Shown here: one piece after another, positions 47,319 to 56,083 of the stretch
Position numbering within the stretch: the stretch's first letter is position 1
Layout: each line of letters begins with the position of its first letter
Source: Candidatus Cloacimonadales bacterium
GTDB taxonomy: Bacteria > Cloacimonadota > Cloacimonadia > Cloacimonadales > JAFGVF01
Length of the DNA: 64,000 bases
NCBI GenBank assembly: GCA_963678315.1
Contig: OY782781.1
Span: 416,001 to 480,000 of the forward strand
Direction of reading: 5' to 3'
Notes under the pieces: generated by a model
The model's input: the letters and a program-made list of their open reading frames with translations, nothing else
Told to the model about the DNA's origin: nothing
The model's database searches: none
Translations under genes and position numbers: made by a program

Positions 47319-48350
47319 CTACTTACTAATATATGTTTTTAAAAGCTTCATTGTGTTTTCAACACCAGATCTGTGAGTTCTTTCATAGCCATGTGAAGCA
47401 AAGACACCAGGTCCGATAAGTCCATGTCTAATATCATAGCCAGCTCTTAGAGTTGCTTCGACATCTGAACCATAGCTTGGATAAATATCAAGAGCATGTT
47501 CAAGCTTTTCATCTTCAGCAATCTTGATAAGTTCATTGGTAAGGTCATAATCGTAAGGTCCACCAGAGTCCTTCACACAGATAGAAACCTTAAATTCATC
47601 AGTAGTCAAATCATCGCCAACTGCTCCCATATCTACAGAAATCATGTCAACTGTATCTTCAGGAAGACCTGATGAACCACCATGTCCTACTTCTTCATAG
47701 GTTGTGAAAAGCAAGGAAACCTTACGGCTTAAAACAATTTCTTTATCAGCTACCATCTTAGCCAGAGCAATAAGTAAACCAGCACTTGCTTTATCATCAA
47801 GATGTCTAGACTTAATGAATCCAGATTCAGTAACCTTGGTTCTAGGATCTAAAGATATAAAGTCTCCAACCTTAATGCCTAAGTCCTCTACTTCTTTCTT
47901 TGAAGAAACCTTTTCATCAAGAATAATCTCAACAGTTTTGTCACTTCTTTGGAGAGTTCCTACATCTCTGTAAACGTGCACTGCTGGATGAATAAGATAA
48001 GCTGTTCCTTCATATTCTTTACCAGCACGAGTATGAACAATAACATTCTCATTTTCTATATTATTCTCTGGATAACCACCAATCTTGGTGTGTCTAATTC
48101 TTCCATTACCTTTAATAGAACGAACCATAGCACCTAAGGTGTCTACATGGGCTGCAAGAACAAGATGTTCTCCCTGACCGCCTAATGTGACAAGAACTGA
48201 TTTCTTGCGTGAGTATTGAGCCTTAAAACCTAATTCCTTAAATGTATCTATTAAGTAAGCTGTTGCCTTAGCTGTAAAGCCACTTGGACTTGGTATTCTA
48301 CATAAGTTAACAATCTGTTCAACAGCATAATCTGTGTATTTTTCCATCAT
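47319..48350 (-). CDS. M42 family metallo-aminopeptidase
   Basis: IPSPSG, AHVDTLG, SRHLDDK, EEVGHG, VDMG, SHGYER. Confidence 0.92.
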   Translation of the reverse strand: MMEKYTDYAVEQIVNLCRIPSPSGFTAKATAYLIDTFKELGFKAQYSRKKSVLVTLGGQGEHLVLAAHVDTLGAMVRSIKGNGRIRHTKIGGYPENNIENENVIVHTRAGKEYEGTAYLIHPAVHVYRDVGTLQRSDKTVEIILDEKVSSKKEVEDLGIKVGDFISLDPRTKVTESGFIKSRHLDDKASAGLLIALAKMVADKEIVLSRKVSLLFTTYEEVGHGGSSGLPEDTVDMISVDMGAVGDDLTTDEFKVSICVKDSGGPYDYDLTNELIKIAEDEKLEHALDIYPSYGSDVEATLRAGYDIRHGLIGPGVFASHGYERTHRSGVENTMKLLKTYISK

Positions 48351-48358
48351 TCTAACCT

Positions 48359-48562
48359 CTATACTTTCTTATTATTTACAAGCTCTGCGAAATGTTCATA
48401 AGTTCTATCCCATGAAGCTTCTTCTTCCTTAGGAAAGAAACAACCTGGAAGTTGACGTTTTGACCTGTGATAAGCTAGGCATTCACAACAAATACCTTTC
48501 TTAGAACACCCAGGATATGAACAATTACAAAACTTTAAATTCTCTTTTTGCCTGCATTCCAT
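48359..48562 (-). CDS. Small Cys-rich protein (DUF6485-like)
   Basis: CNCSYPGCSKKGICCECLAYH..LPGCFF. Confidence 0.75.
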   Translation of the reverse strand: MECRQKENLKFCNCSYPGCSKKGICCECLAYHRSKRQLPGCFFPKEEEASWDRTYEHFAELVNNKKV

Positions 48563-48565
48563 GTC

Positions 48566-48871
48566 TTAGTCTTCTTCATTCTCTGAATATAGAACTGTTG
48601 ACCATATTTCAGGAACTGGTTGCTTAGTCATATATGGTTCAAACTCTTTCAATATATCTTTGAATATACCAGTCTTCATAAACTTCTCAGCATACTCTTT
48701 TTCGTCCCAGGTACCAATTGCCATAGCCTCACCATCTTGTTTAGCAAGAAACTGCATTCTAACAAAACCTTCTTGTTCTTCAGCAACTTCCAACACTTTC
48801 TCTTGCCATTTCTCGATACATGAAACCATATCTTCTGGTTTAAAATAATATCTCATTGTAGCAGTATACAT
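48566..48871 (-). CDS. ABM (antibiotic biosynthesis monooxygenase)-like dimeric alpha/beta barrel protein
   Basis: 101 aa; QEGFV..IGTWDEKEYA pattern; AGGAG SD. Confidence 0.7.
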   Translation of the reverse strand: MYTATMRYYFKPEDMVSCIEKWQEKVLEVAEEQEGFVRMQFLAKQDGEAMAIGTWDEKEYAEKFMKTGIFKDILKEFEPYMTKQPVPEIWSTVLYSENEED

Positions 48872-48896
48872 CTTATCAGCTCCTTAATTATTATTT

Positions 48897-50264
48897 TTAT
48901 TCATTATGTTCATTTAGTTTATTTAAAGTCAAATCTTTTTTCATCTTAACCCCAAGTTCTTGCAATTGCTTTGCTTTTCTAACTAAGTTACCATTACCGC
49001 TAGAAAGCTTCTTCTTAGCTTCTGTGTAGCTTTTATTAAGAGTATTTATATTTGCTTCTATCTTTTCCATATCAGTCAAGAAACCTTCAAACTTATCCAA
49101 CATTTTACCTGCTTCTTCAGCAATCTTCTTACTGTTCTTAGTTTGATTCTCACTGTTCCAAATCTGCTTAATAGTTCTAAGAACATACATTAAGGTTCCT
49201 GGACCTACAATCATTATATTCATCTTCATTGCATCCAAGAAGAGAGTGTTATCTGCTTCTAAAGCTGTTAGATAAGCAGATTCAACCGGAATAAACATAA
49301 GGACATGGGAAATAGTATTCACATCTGCAAGATCTTCATACTTCTTAGAAGCCAGATTCTTAACTTGATTCCTAACTGAAAGTAAATGTGCTTTCAAGAA
49401 TTGCTCTCTCTCTGTAGGGTCTTCAGAGGAGACCATGTCATAATATGCCTTCAAAGACATCTTAGCATCTATCACTATATCCTTATTATCAGGAAGTTTA
49501 ACTATTATATCAGGACGTTTATCATTATAAGAACCGTCTTTAAAGTTCTGTTGAGGGAAGTATTCCAAGTCTTTGGTTAATCCAGAATCTTCAAGAATCC
49601 TCTCTAACTTCATTTCACCCCAGTTACCTTGCTTCTTATTATCAGTTGTAAGAGCTTTGGTTAAGTTCATAGCTTCTTGATTAAGAGTCTCATTGAGTTT
49701 GCGAAGATTCTCAATTTCAGTCTTGAGTGAAGCCCTATCTTTATTTTCATTATCGTAAACATCTTCAACTCTTTTCTTAAACTCATTTAGTTGACTTCTA
49801 ACTGGATTAAGTATGTTGTTTAAGCTTTCAGTGCTTGTTTCTTTGAACTTACTATTCTTCTCTTCAAATATCTTATTAGCCAGAAGTTCAAAGTCTTTCT
49901 TCATTGTCTCTTTAGTTTCTGTAAGAAGTTGAAGCTTTTCTTTCATTGTCTTTTCAGCTTCAGTAATTCTTGTTCTAAGAGATGCATTCTCTTCAAGGAG
50001 AACTCTATTATGCCCCAGAGAATCATCCAATTTAGCATTAAGTTTATTTAAGTTATGAAGTTCTGTTCTGAGTTGTGTAATCTCAATATCTTTATCCCTA
50101 ATCTGCTTATTCATTTCCATTTGAGAATTCTGAAGCTGCTCATTTAAGTCCTTTTCTGCTTGAATTTGGATTGCATTTCTATCAGACTGAAACTTCTTTA
50201 CTAAAACTATCCAAACTGATATAAACCCCAATATGAAAGCAACAATCAACAAGATATAGTCCAT
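48897..50264 (-). CDS. rmuC: DNA recombination protein RmuC
   Basis: N-terminal TM, coiled coil, QGNWGEMKLERILE, RPD, IDAK, MFIPVE. Confidence 0.95.
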   Translation of the reverse strand: MDYILLIVAFILGFISVWIVLVKKFQSDRNAIQIQAEKDLNEQLQNSQMEMNKQIRDKDIEITQLRTELHNLNKLNAKLDDSLGHNRVLLEENASLRTRITEAEKTMKEKLQLLTETKETMKKDFELLANKIFEEKNSKFKETSTESLNNILNPVRSQLNEFKKRVEDVYDNENKDRASLKTEIENLRKLNETLNQEAMNLTKALTTDNKKQGNWGEMKLERILEDSGLTKDLEYFPQQNFKDGSYNDKRPDIIVKLPDNKDIVIDAKMSLKAYYDMVSSEDPTEREQFLKAHLLSVRNQVKNLASKKYEDLADVNTISHVLMFIPVESAYLTALEADNTLFLDAMKMNIMIVGPGTLMYVLRTIKQIWNSENQTKNSKKIAEEAGKMLDKFEGFLTDMEKIEANINTLNKSYTEAKKKLSSGNGNLVRKAKQLQELGVKMKKDLTLNKLNEHNE

Positions 50265-50300
50265 TTATCCTCCTTTCTTCTAACACAATTTAATAAGAGC

Positions 50301-50648
50301 CTATGCTCTGCCCTCTTTTCTTAACTTTCTATATATTCTATAGTTATTTGTCACTACAAAGGTGAATAATAAATCTCCAATTATCATTGATACATTTACT
50401 GTTTCCCAATCAGGAACGACATAAAAGAATATCACTCCACTGAAGAATGTAAGTAAAACAACTTTAAAGATTATTATCCCTCTGCCAATGCCTAATTTTC
50501 GGAAGACATATCTTGCAACAGGATTCTTTTCTCTATGATAGTTATAGGGTTTTACTACCAACCAAGTTGAATGTGCATCAAGAATATTCAGCACTATAAA
50601 GAATAGCATTAGGGCTATCCCAAATATTGCTGATTTAAATATCGCCAT
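50301..50648 (-). CDS. Small membrane protein (DUF5658-like)
   Basis: NILDAHST..EKNPV..K, three TM segments. Confidence 0.7.
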   Translation of the reverse strand: MAIFKSAIFGIALMLFFIVLNILDAHSTWLVVKPYNYHREKNPVARYVFRKLGIGRGIIIFKVVLLTFFSGVIFFYVVPDWETVNVSMIIGDLLFTFVVTNNYRIYRKLRKEGRA

Positions 50649-51198
50649 TCCCTAAACCTAACTCAACTTCGTGAGGGGCTAAGGCATCAATAGACATCTG
50701 TAAGAAGTCATCTAGTTCCAGCCCTAACAGCTCACAATCTCTTATTTGTTCTCTAGATACCCCTGCAGCAAACTTCTTATTCTTGAACTTCTTTTTAAGC
50801 GACTTTAACTGCAAAGAAGAGATTTGCTTATCTGGTCTCATCAGCGCAGAAGCTATTATCAAACCGTTAACTTGGTCAGCTATCCAAAGAGCTTTCTCTA
50901 TATTGCTTTCTAATTCTTTATGCTTATTATGAGCAAGGACAGCATTCACTATGTCTTGTGGAAGCTCATTCTCAATAAGAATCTCAGCTCCTTTCTTAGC
51001 ATGAATCTCCATATTATCACCAATAAGCTCTAAATCAATATCGTGTAAATAACCAGCTATATAGAATTTCTCTACATCTTCATTAAGCTTCTTGGCTAAA
51101 GCTTCCATTACAAGAGCTGTTGCATAGCAGTGATTTATTAAACTTTCTTTCTTTAAATATTTAGCTAATAAGCTTTTCGCTTGATCTCTATTTATCAT
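50635..51198 (-). CDS. HD/HDIG-domain phosphohydrolase
   Basis: NHC, YLHDID, H..GAEIL, LAHN, RPDK, KKFAAGVSR. Confidence 0.9.
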   Translation of the reverse strand: MINRDQAKSLLAKYLKKESLINHCYATALVMEALAKKLNEDVEKFYIAGYLHDIDLELIGDNMEIHAKKGAEILIENELPQDIVNAVLAHNKHKELESNIEKALWIADQVNGLIIASALMRPDKQISSLQLKSLKKKFKNKKFAAGVSREQIRDCELLGLELDDFLQMSIDALAPHEVELGLGNGDI

Positions 51199-51985
51199 TG
51201 TAAGTCTCCATTTTAGATATTATTGAATAGGCGGCTATGGCAGTAGCATTAGCAACATTCAACGAGTTTTTCCAACCATGCATAGGTATTTCTAAGCTTA
51301 CATCACAAGCATTTATCACTTCTTCCGAGACACCTAGGCTTTCATTCCCCAAGATTAAAGCAACCTTAGATGCTGGCAAGTAAGAATTTAATGAAATAGA
51401 ATTATTAGTTAGTTCTAAAGCACATACCTGGTAGCCTTCTTCCTTTAATACCTCGATTAGCAAAAAAATATCAAAACTATGTATAATCGGTATATATTCC
51501 ACTGCTCCCATAGAAGTCTCAGCAACTTTTCTATTATCAACAGGAGGACAATTTCCACATAGAACGACTCTTCTTACTCCCAAGCATTCTGCTGTTCTAA
51601 TAATTGAACCTACATTAAAAGCAGATCTTAGATTATCTAGAACAAGCACTAAATCAAACTGCTTTCTTTCTTTGGGCTTTTTATCATAACGTTTTATAAA
51701 AATGTCTGTATCCCTAATGTTCTTTTTTAACAATGTGCCTAATCTATCTCTTAGCTTGATAAGGTCTTTGAAACTTACAACATAAATATTCAATAGATCA
51801 ATTTCTTTTATTTTTTTAGATGCGTAGCTTAAGCAATCATGAAGAGAGCTTAGCAAATCATCTCTACCTTTAATATCTTCCCAACTAGACTCCAATGCCT
51901 CTGTTATCTCATACAATATGGATAGCTTCTTAATCTTTGAGAAAGAAGAAAACTTCTTCTCAGAATAGCTATATATTTTCTTCAT
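51188..51985 (-). CDS. TrmH/SpoU family RNA 2'-O-methyltransferase with N-terminal extension
   Basis: LDNLRSAFNVGSIIRTA, LGNESLG, IPMHG..SLNVA; ATG at 51985 chosen. Confidence 0.9.
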   Translation of the reverse strand: MKKIYSYSEKKFSSFSKIKKLSILYEITEALESSWEDIKGRDDLLSSLHDCLSYASKKIKEIDLLNIYVVSFKDLIKLRDRLGTLLKKNIRDTDIFIKRYDKKPKERKQFDLVLVLDNLRSAFNVGSIIRTAECLGVRRVVLCGNCPPVDNRKVAETSMGAVEYIPIIHSFDIFLLIEVLKEEGYQVCALELTNNSISLNSYLPASKVALILGNESLGVSEEVINACDVSLEIPMHGWKNSLNVANATAIAAYSIISKMETYNDK

Positions 51986-52155
51986 AATAAACCTTACTTT
52001 CAAGTGTTCATTAACACTTATGTCATTGTTATAATTTACTGTTCAAATATATTATAAAAAAAGTATTGTCAAGATATGATATTTATTCTTATATGTAAGA
52101 AATTAGTCTTCTTTGCTTTTTAACTAACTATAAGAAGCAATATTTTGGAGTTATA

Positions 52156-52548
52156 ATGTTAAAATTCAATAAAAAGATATATGGCTATGAATGTGATATC
52201 TACGGTCACATGAATAATAGTAACTATTTGCAACTTCTTGAAGCAGCTAGAGCGGAAGCCTTGATTGAAATGGGTTTACCTGTTGCTTATTTAAAAGAAT
52301 TAGATATTTCTATTTTTGTTAAAAGAATAGAGATAGATTATGTAAAGCCCCTACAAATGGAACAGGTAGCTACAGTTCATACCAAGACTGACAAGGTTAC
52401 TAAAGTTAAAGGCATTTGGTTACAAGAGATTTATAACCAAGATAATGAGCTATGTGCTAAAGCGACTGTTACTGGTGTTTTCACTAGAAATGGAAAGCCT
52501 TTCAGAATTGGAAAAGATATCTTAGATATAATGACACGATATGTGTAG
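52156..52548 (+). CDS. Acyl-CoA thioesterase (4HBT/YbgC family)
   Basis: ECDIYGHMNNSNYL..EAAR, IDYVKPL. Confidence 0.9.
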   Translation: MLKFNKKIYGYECDIYGHMNNSNYLQLLEAARAEALIEMGLPVAYLKELDISIFVKRIEIDYVKPLQMEQVATVHTKTDKVTKVKGIWLQEIYNQDNELCAKATVTGVFTRNGKPFRIGKDILDIMTRYV

Positions 52549-52570
52549 TTAAAACTTAAGGGAGGTAACT

Positions 52571-53497
52571 ATGATTAGATATTTCGCACCTTATGATGTT
52601 AAATATGTTGAAGTTGAAGATAAAACAAATGCTAAATGGATTTACATCGAAGCCCCTACAACGAAAGAGATTAACGAAATTGCTGTTGAACATGAAATAC
52701 CTCTCGACTTTCTTACTGACCCTCTTGACCAGGATGAGACTTCTCGTATAGAGTATGAAGATGATATTATTCTTATAATCATGAGATTGCCAACTCGTTC
52801 AGGGTCTGATGATTTGCCATTTGTTACTAAACCTTTCGGTGTTATCTTGATTGATGATATCGTTATCACTATCTCAGACGGTTCAAATGAGCTCCTAACC
52901 CCCTTCTTAAAAGGTATTAATAAGAAGTTTAAAGTCTCTCAACTTAGCTTCATACTTCATATTTTTAATAGAAATGCTCTCCTTTATTTAACTTATTTGA
53001 AAGTTATAGATCGTAGAATCAGTGAATTAGAAACAGAGATAACCTCTAGCATGAAAAACAAAGAGATTAATAGATTACTTAAACTAGATAAATGCCTTGT
53101 TTATTTTACCACTTCTCTAAAATCCAATGAAGTCACCCTAGAAAGGCTTCAGCGTTCTCGTTGGATGCATGAAGAACCTGAAACTGAAGACTTGTTAGAA
53201 GATGTTATCATTGATAATAAACAGGCTATTGAAATGGCAACAATCTTTACTAATATTCTCAAAAGGACTACTGAAGCTTTCTCATCAATGATTTCTAACA
53301 ATCTGAATGTTGTTATGAAGTTCCTGACTTCTATTACAATCATACTCATGCTTCCTACCTTAATTGCAAGTTTTTATGGTATGAATGTCCACCTACCTCT
53401 TGAGAGCAATCCCCTTGCTTTTTGGATACTTATGGGAATGTCTACCCTCATTTCTTTATTGGCTACAATTTTCTTCTGGAAAAATAAATTATTTTAA
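52571..53497 (+). CDS. corA: CorA family magnesium transporter
   Basis: SNNLNVVMKFLT, PTLIASFYGMN, two C-terminal TMs. Confidence 0.92.
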   Translation: MIRYFAPYDVKYVEVEDKTNAKWIYIEAPTTKEINEIAVEHEIPLDFLTDPLDQDETSRIEYEDDIILIIMRLPTRSGSDDLPFVTKPFGVILIDDIVITISDGSNELLTPFLKGINKKFKVSQLSFILHIFNRNALLYLTYLKVIDRRISELETEITSSMKNKEINRLLKLDKCLVYFTTSLKSNEVTLERLQRSRWMHEEPETEDLLEDVIIDNKQAIEMATIFTNILKRTTEAFSSMISNNLNVVMKFLTSITIILMLPTLIASFYGMNVHLPLESNPLAFWILMGMSTLISLLATIFFWKNKLF

Positions 53498-53617
53498 AAG
53501 ATTAATTAAAGGTGAATGTAACCGTAATTAACAAGTTTGCTTGATAAAGAACTTGCCAACTTGTTTTTATAGATTATTATTGAATTAAACTCAGAATTAT
53601 ATAATTGGGAGAAAATT

Positions 53618-55192
53618 ATGAAAAAAGTACTACTTTTATTATTGTTAAGCCTTGTTCTCTTTGCTTGTAGTGATGATGATAACTCTACCAGCCCTAGCTA
53701 TACAACTTACGATTCTTTCGAAGACATAGATATTCCTTCAAGTTTCAACTATGAAACTCAAGAGGAACTTACTTTGGAAGTATGGGCTCCTGTTAAATCT
53801 ACTGTTCTAGTCAAGGACCAAGCAGGAACAGTGTTAAATACTTTCATGACTGATGATACTGGTAATATCGTTAAGAAAATCTCAATTCCTAGCACAGTTG
53901 AGACTCTTACTTTTGCTTACAGAAATCAAGAATTTGTCTATCCTGTAACTACAAGTGATGAAAATATGCTAGTTGAACTATATAATATTTCAGATGAAGA
54001 AAAAACTAGTCGTAATCAAGCAAAAAAAGTAAAATTATATGTTGTTCCTATTTTAGAAGGAGTAACTATTAATGGTGATGGTAGTATGACCTCTTATTGG
54101 GGATATGATAACCAATTCCCAGATACTCAAACTGTACCTATTGGAGCTAAGAATAAATTCACTGGTTCAGGACTTAATAACAGTTCTCAAGACCAAGGTC
54201 AGCCTACAGATTTCTTAACCGGAAGACATTATAATGTATTCCAAGTTACTCACTCATCACTTGGTAACGACTGTATAACATGGTCTCTTCAAACTTCTAG
54301 CAGATTAACACAAGATGCATGTCCAGATGCTCCTCTAATGCCTGGCGTTGATTCTGATGAAGATGGTGTTATTGATGATGATGATGATTATCCTAATGAT
54401 GAAACTAAAGCTTATGATATATTCTATCCATCAGAAAATAGCTATGGAACCTTAGCTTATGAAGATCTATGGCCTAATCTTGGAGACTTTGATTTCAATG
54501 ACTTAGTTCTAAGATATAGAATCAAAGAAGTTCATAGTGCTGAAAGTGAAGTTAAAGAAGTTGAATTTAACTTTGTTTTAGTGGCTATCGGTGCTAACCA
54601 GCAAAATGGTTTCTTCATCGAACTACCATTCAACGGTACTGATGTAGCAATTACTAATACTTATAACAGCGCTAACACTCAAGTATTAGTTTATGATGAA
54701 TTAGCTGTTTTACAAGTCTTCAATAATACTAATGATGTTGTACAATATGAAACAGACTTCATGAACACAATCGAAGAAGAAGCAGAAATTGCTCCTGTTG
54801 AATTTAGTCTTACTATTGAAGTGAATGGACAATACAATGTAGATAATTTAGTATATTCTGCTCCTTATAATCCTTTCTTGACAGTAAATCATGATCTTAC
54901 TAAGGAAGTTCATTTACCTGGTTTCCCTCCAACATCAAATGCTGATGTTACAATCTTTGGAACAGGTGATGATGCAACTAATGTTAATGATGGTTACTAC
55001 TACAAAACTGAAGATGGTATTCCTTGGGCAATGAATATTATTGTTCCTGTTAAACACCCTCTTGAAAGAAAAGAAATTGTCGAAGCATATCCTGAGTTCG
55101 GAAGCTGGGTAGCTTCTGGTGGAACTTCTTTCCAAGACTGGTATCTAAATCCAGTTGATGAAAAAGTATATACCTTAGAAATGGACCAATAA
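53618..55192 (+). CDS. LruC/DUF4842-domain lipoprotein
   Basis: Lipobox LFAC; GTLAYEDLWP..DFDFNDLV, EVHLPG, PWAM..P.E..AYPEF..WY. Confidence 0.85.
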   Translation: MKKVLLLLLLSLVLFACSDDDNSTSPSYTTYDSFEDIDIPSSFNYETQEELTLEVWAPVKSTVLVKDQAGTVLNTFMTDDTGNIVKKISIPSTVETLTFAYRNQEFVYPVTTSDENMLVELYNISDEEKTSRNQAKKVKLYVVPILEGVTINGDGSMTSYWGYDNQFPDTQTVPIGAKNKFTGSGLNNSSQDQGQPTDFLTGRHYNVFQVTHSSLGNDCITWSLQTSSRLTQDACPDAPLMPGVDSDEDGVIDDDDDYPNDETKAYDIFYPSENSYGTLAYEDLWPNLGDFDFNDLVLRYRIKEVHSAESEVKEVEFNFVLVAIGANQQNGFFIELPFNGTDVAITNTYNSANTQVLVYDELAVLQVFNNTNDVVQYETDFMNTIEEEAEIAPVEFSLTIEVNGQYNVDNLVYSAPYNPFLTVNHDLTKEVHLPGFPPTSNADVTIFGTGDDATNVNDGYYYKTEDGIPWAMNIIVPVKHPLERKEIVEAYPEFGSWVASGGTSFQDWYLNPVDEKVYTLEMDQ

Positions 55193-55229
55193 AACACTAA
55201 ATACTATCCATTAGGATGCAAAAGATATT

Positions 55230-55254
55230 AACCCCAGATTTTCTGGGGTTTTTT
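55230..55254 (+). terminator. Rho-independent terminator
   Basis: AACCCCAGA-TTT-TCTGGGGTT followed by T-run. Confidence 0.8.
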
Positions 55255-55371
55255 ATTATTTAATAAAAAATACACTTGTTGAGTTATTTTTTTTGATTGA
55301 CAATTTATATATTTAGCCTAGATAATGTAGTTGGTTTGACGAAAATAGTAAATTACATTTAAGGAGATATT

Positions 55372-55998
55372 ATGAAAAGATTTTTTAACACATTGATCTT
55401 AATTTTGTTTGTCAGTATTATTCTTGCATGTAGTTCTCATAAGAATCTGAGCAGTATATTAAAACCAGGAGACATAATCTTCCATCCATCAAATTCAAGG
55501 CAGAGTACAGCTATTAAATTAGCTACAAACTCTGAGTATTCTCACTGTGGAATCATATACGAATCCAAAGGTAAACTTTATGTTTTCGAAGCAGTTCAAC
55601 CTGTTAAATTAACTCCTCTCCAAGATTGGATAGATAGAGGTGTAAATGGACATTATGTTGTAAAAAGACTTAAAGATGCAAATAAGATATTAACACCAAC
55701 AGTTCTAAAGACCATGTTTAACTATGGCAAGAAACAGCTAGGTAAAAACTATGATGATAAGTTCTCATGGGATGATGATACTATGTATTGCTCTGAAATT
55801 ATTTGGAAAATGTATAAACAAAGTGCTAATATAGAAATTGGAAAACTGCGTAAATTGAATGACTTTGATTTGTCTCACCCTTTTGTTAAAAAGATTATGA
55901 ATGAACGCTATACTAAAGGTGTTCCATACAATGAAACCGTTATATCACCGCAAGATATATTTGAGTGTCCAAAATTGATTGAAATTACAAGAAACTAA
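55372..55998 (+). CDS. YiiX/YebB-like permuted papain-like (NlpC/P60) lipoprotein
   Basis: PGDIIF, YSHCGI, VFEA, MYCSE, ISPQD. Confidence 0.9.
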   Translation: MKRFFNTLILILFVSIILACSSHKNLSSILKPGDIIFHPSNSRQSTAIKLATNSEYSHCGIIYESKGKLYVFEAVQPVKLTPLQDWIDRGVNGHYVVKRLKDANKILTPTVLKTMFNYGKKQLGKNYDDKFSWDDDTMYCSEIIWKMYKQSANIEIGKLRKLNDFDLSHPFVKKIMNERYTKGVPYNETVISPQDIFECPKLIEITRN

Positions 55999-56083
55999 TT
56001 TATTTCATAAAATCTTGACAAATATAATATTTTGTAGTTATCTAGTATTATAGTAAATAAGATTAATACTTATTGGAGGAGAT

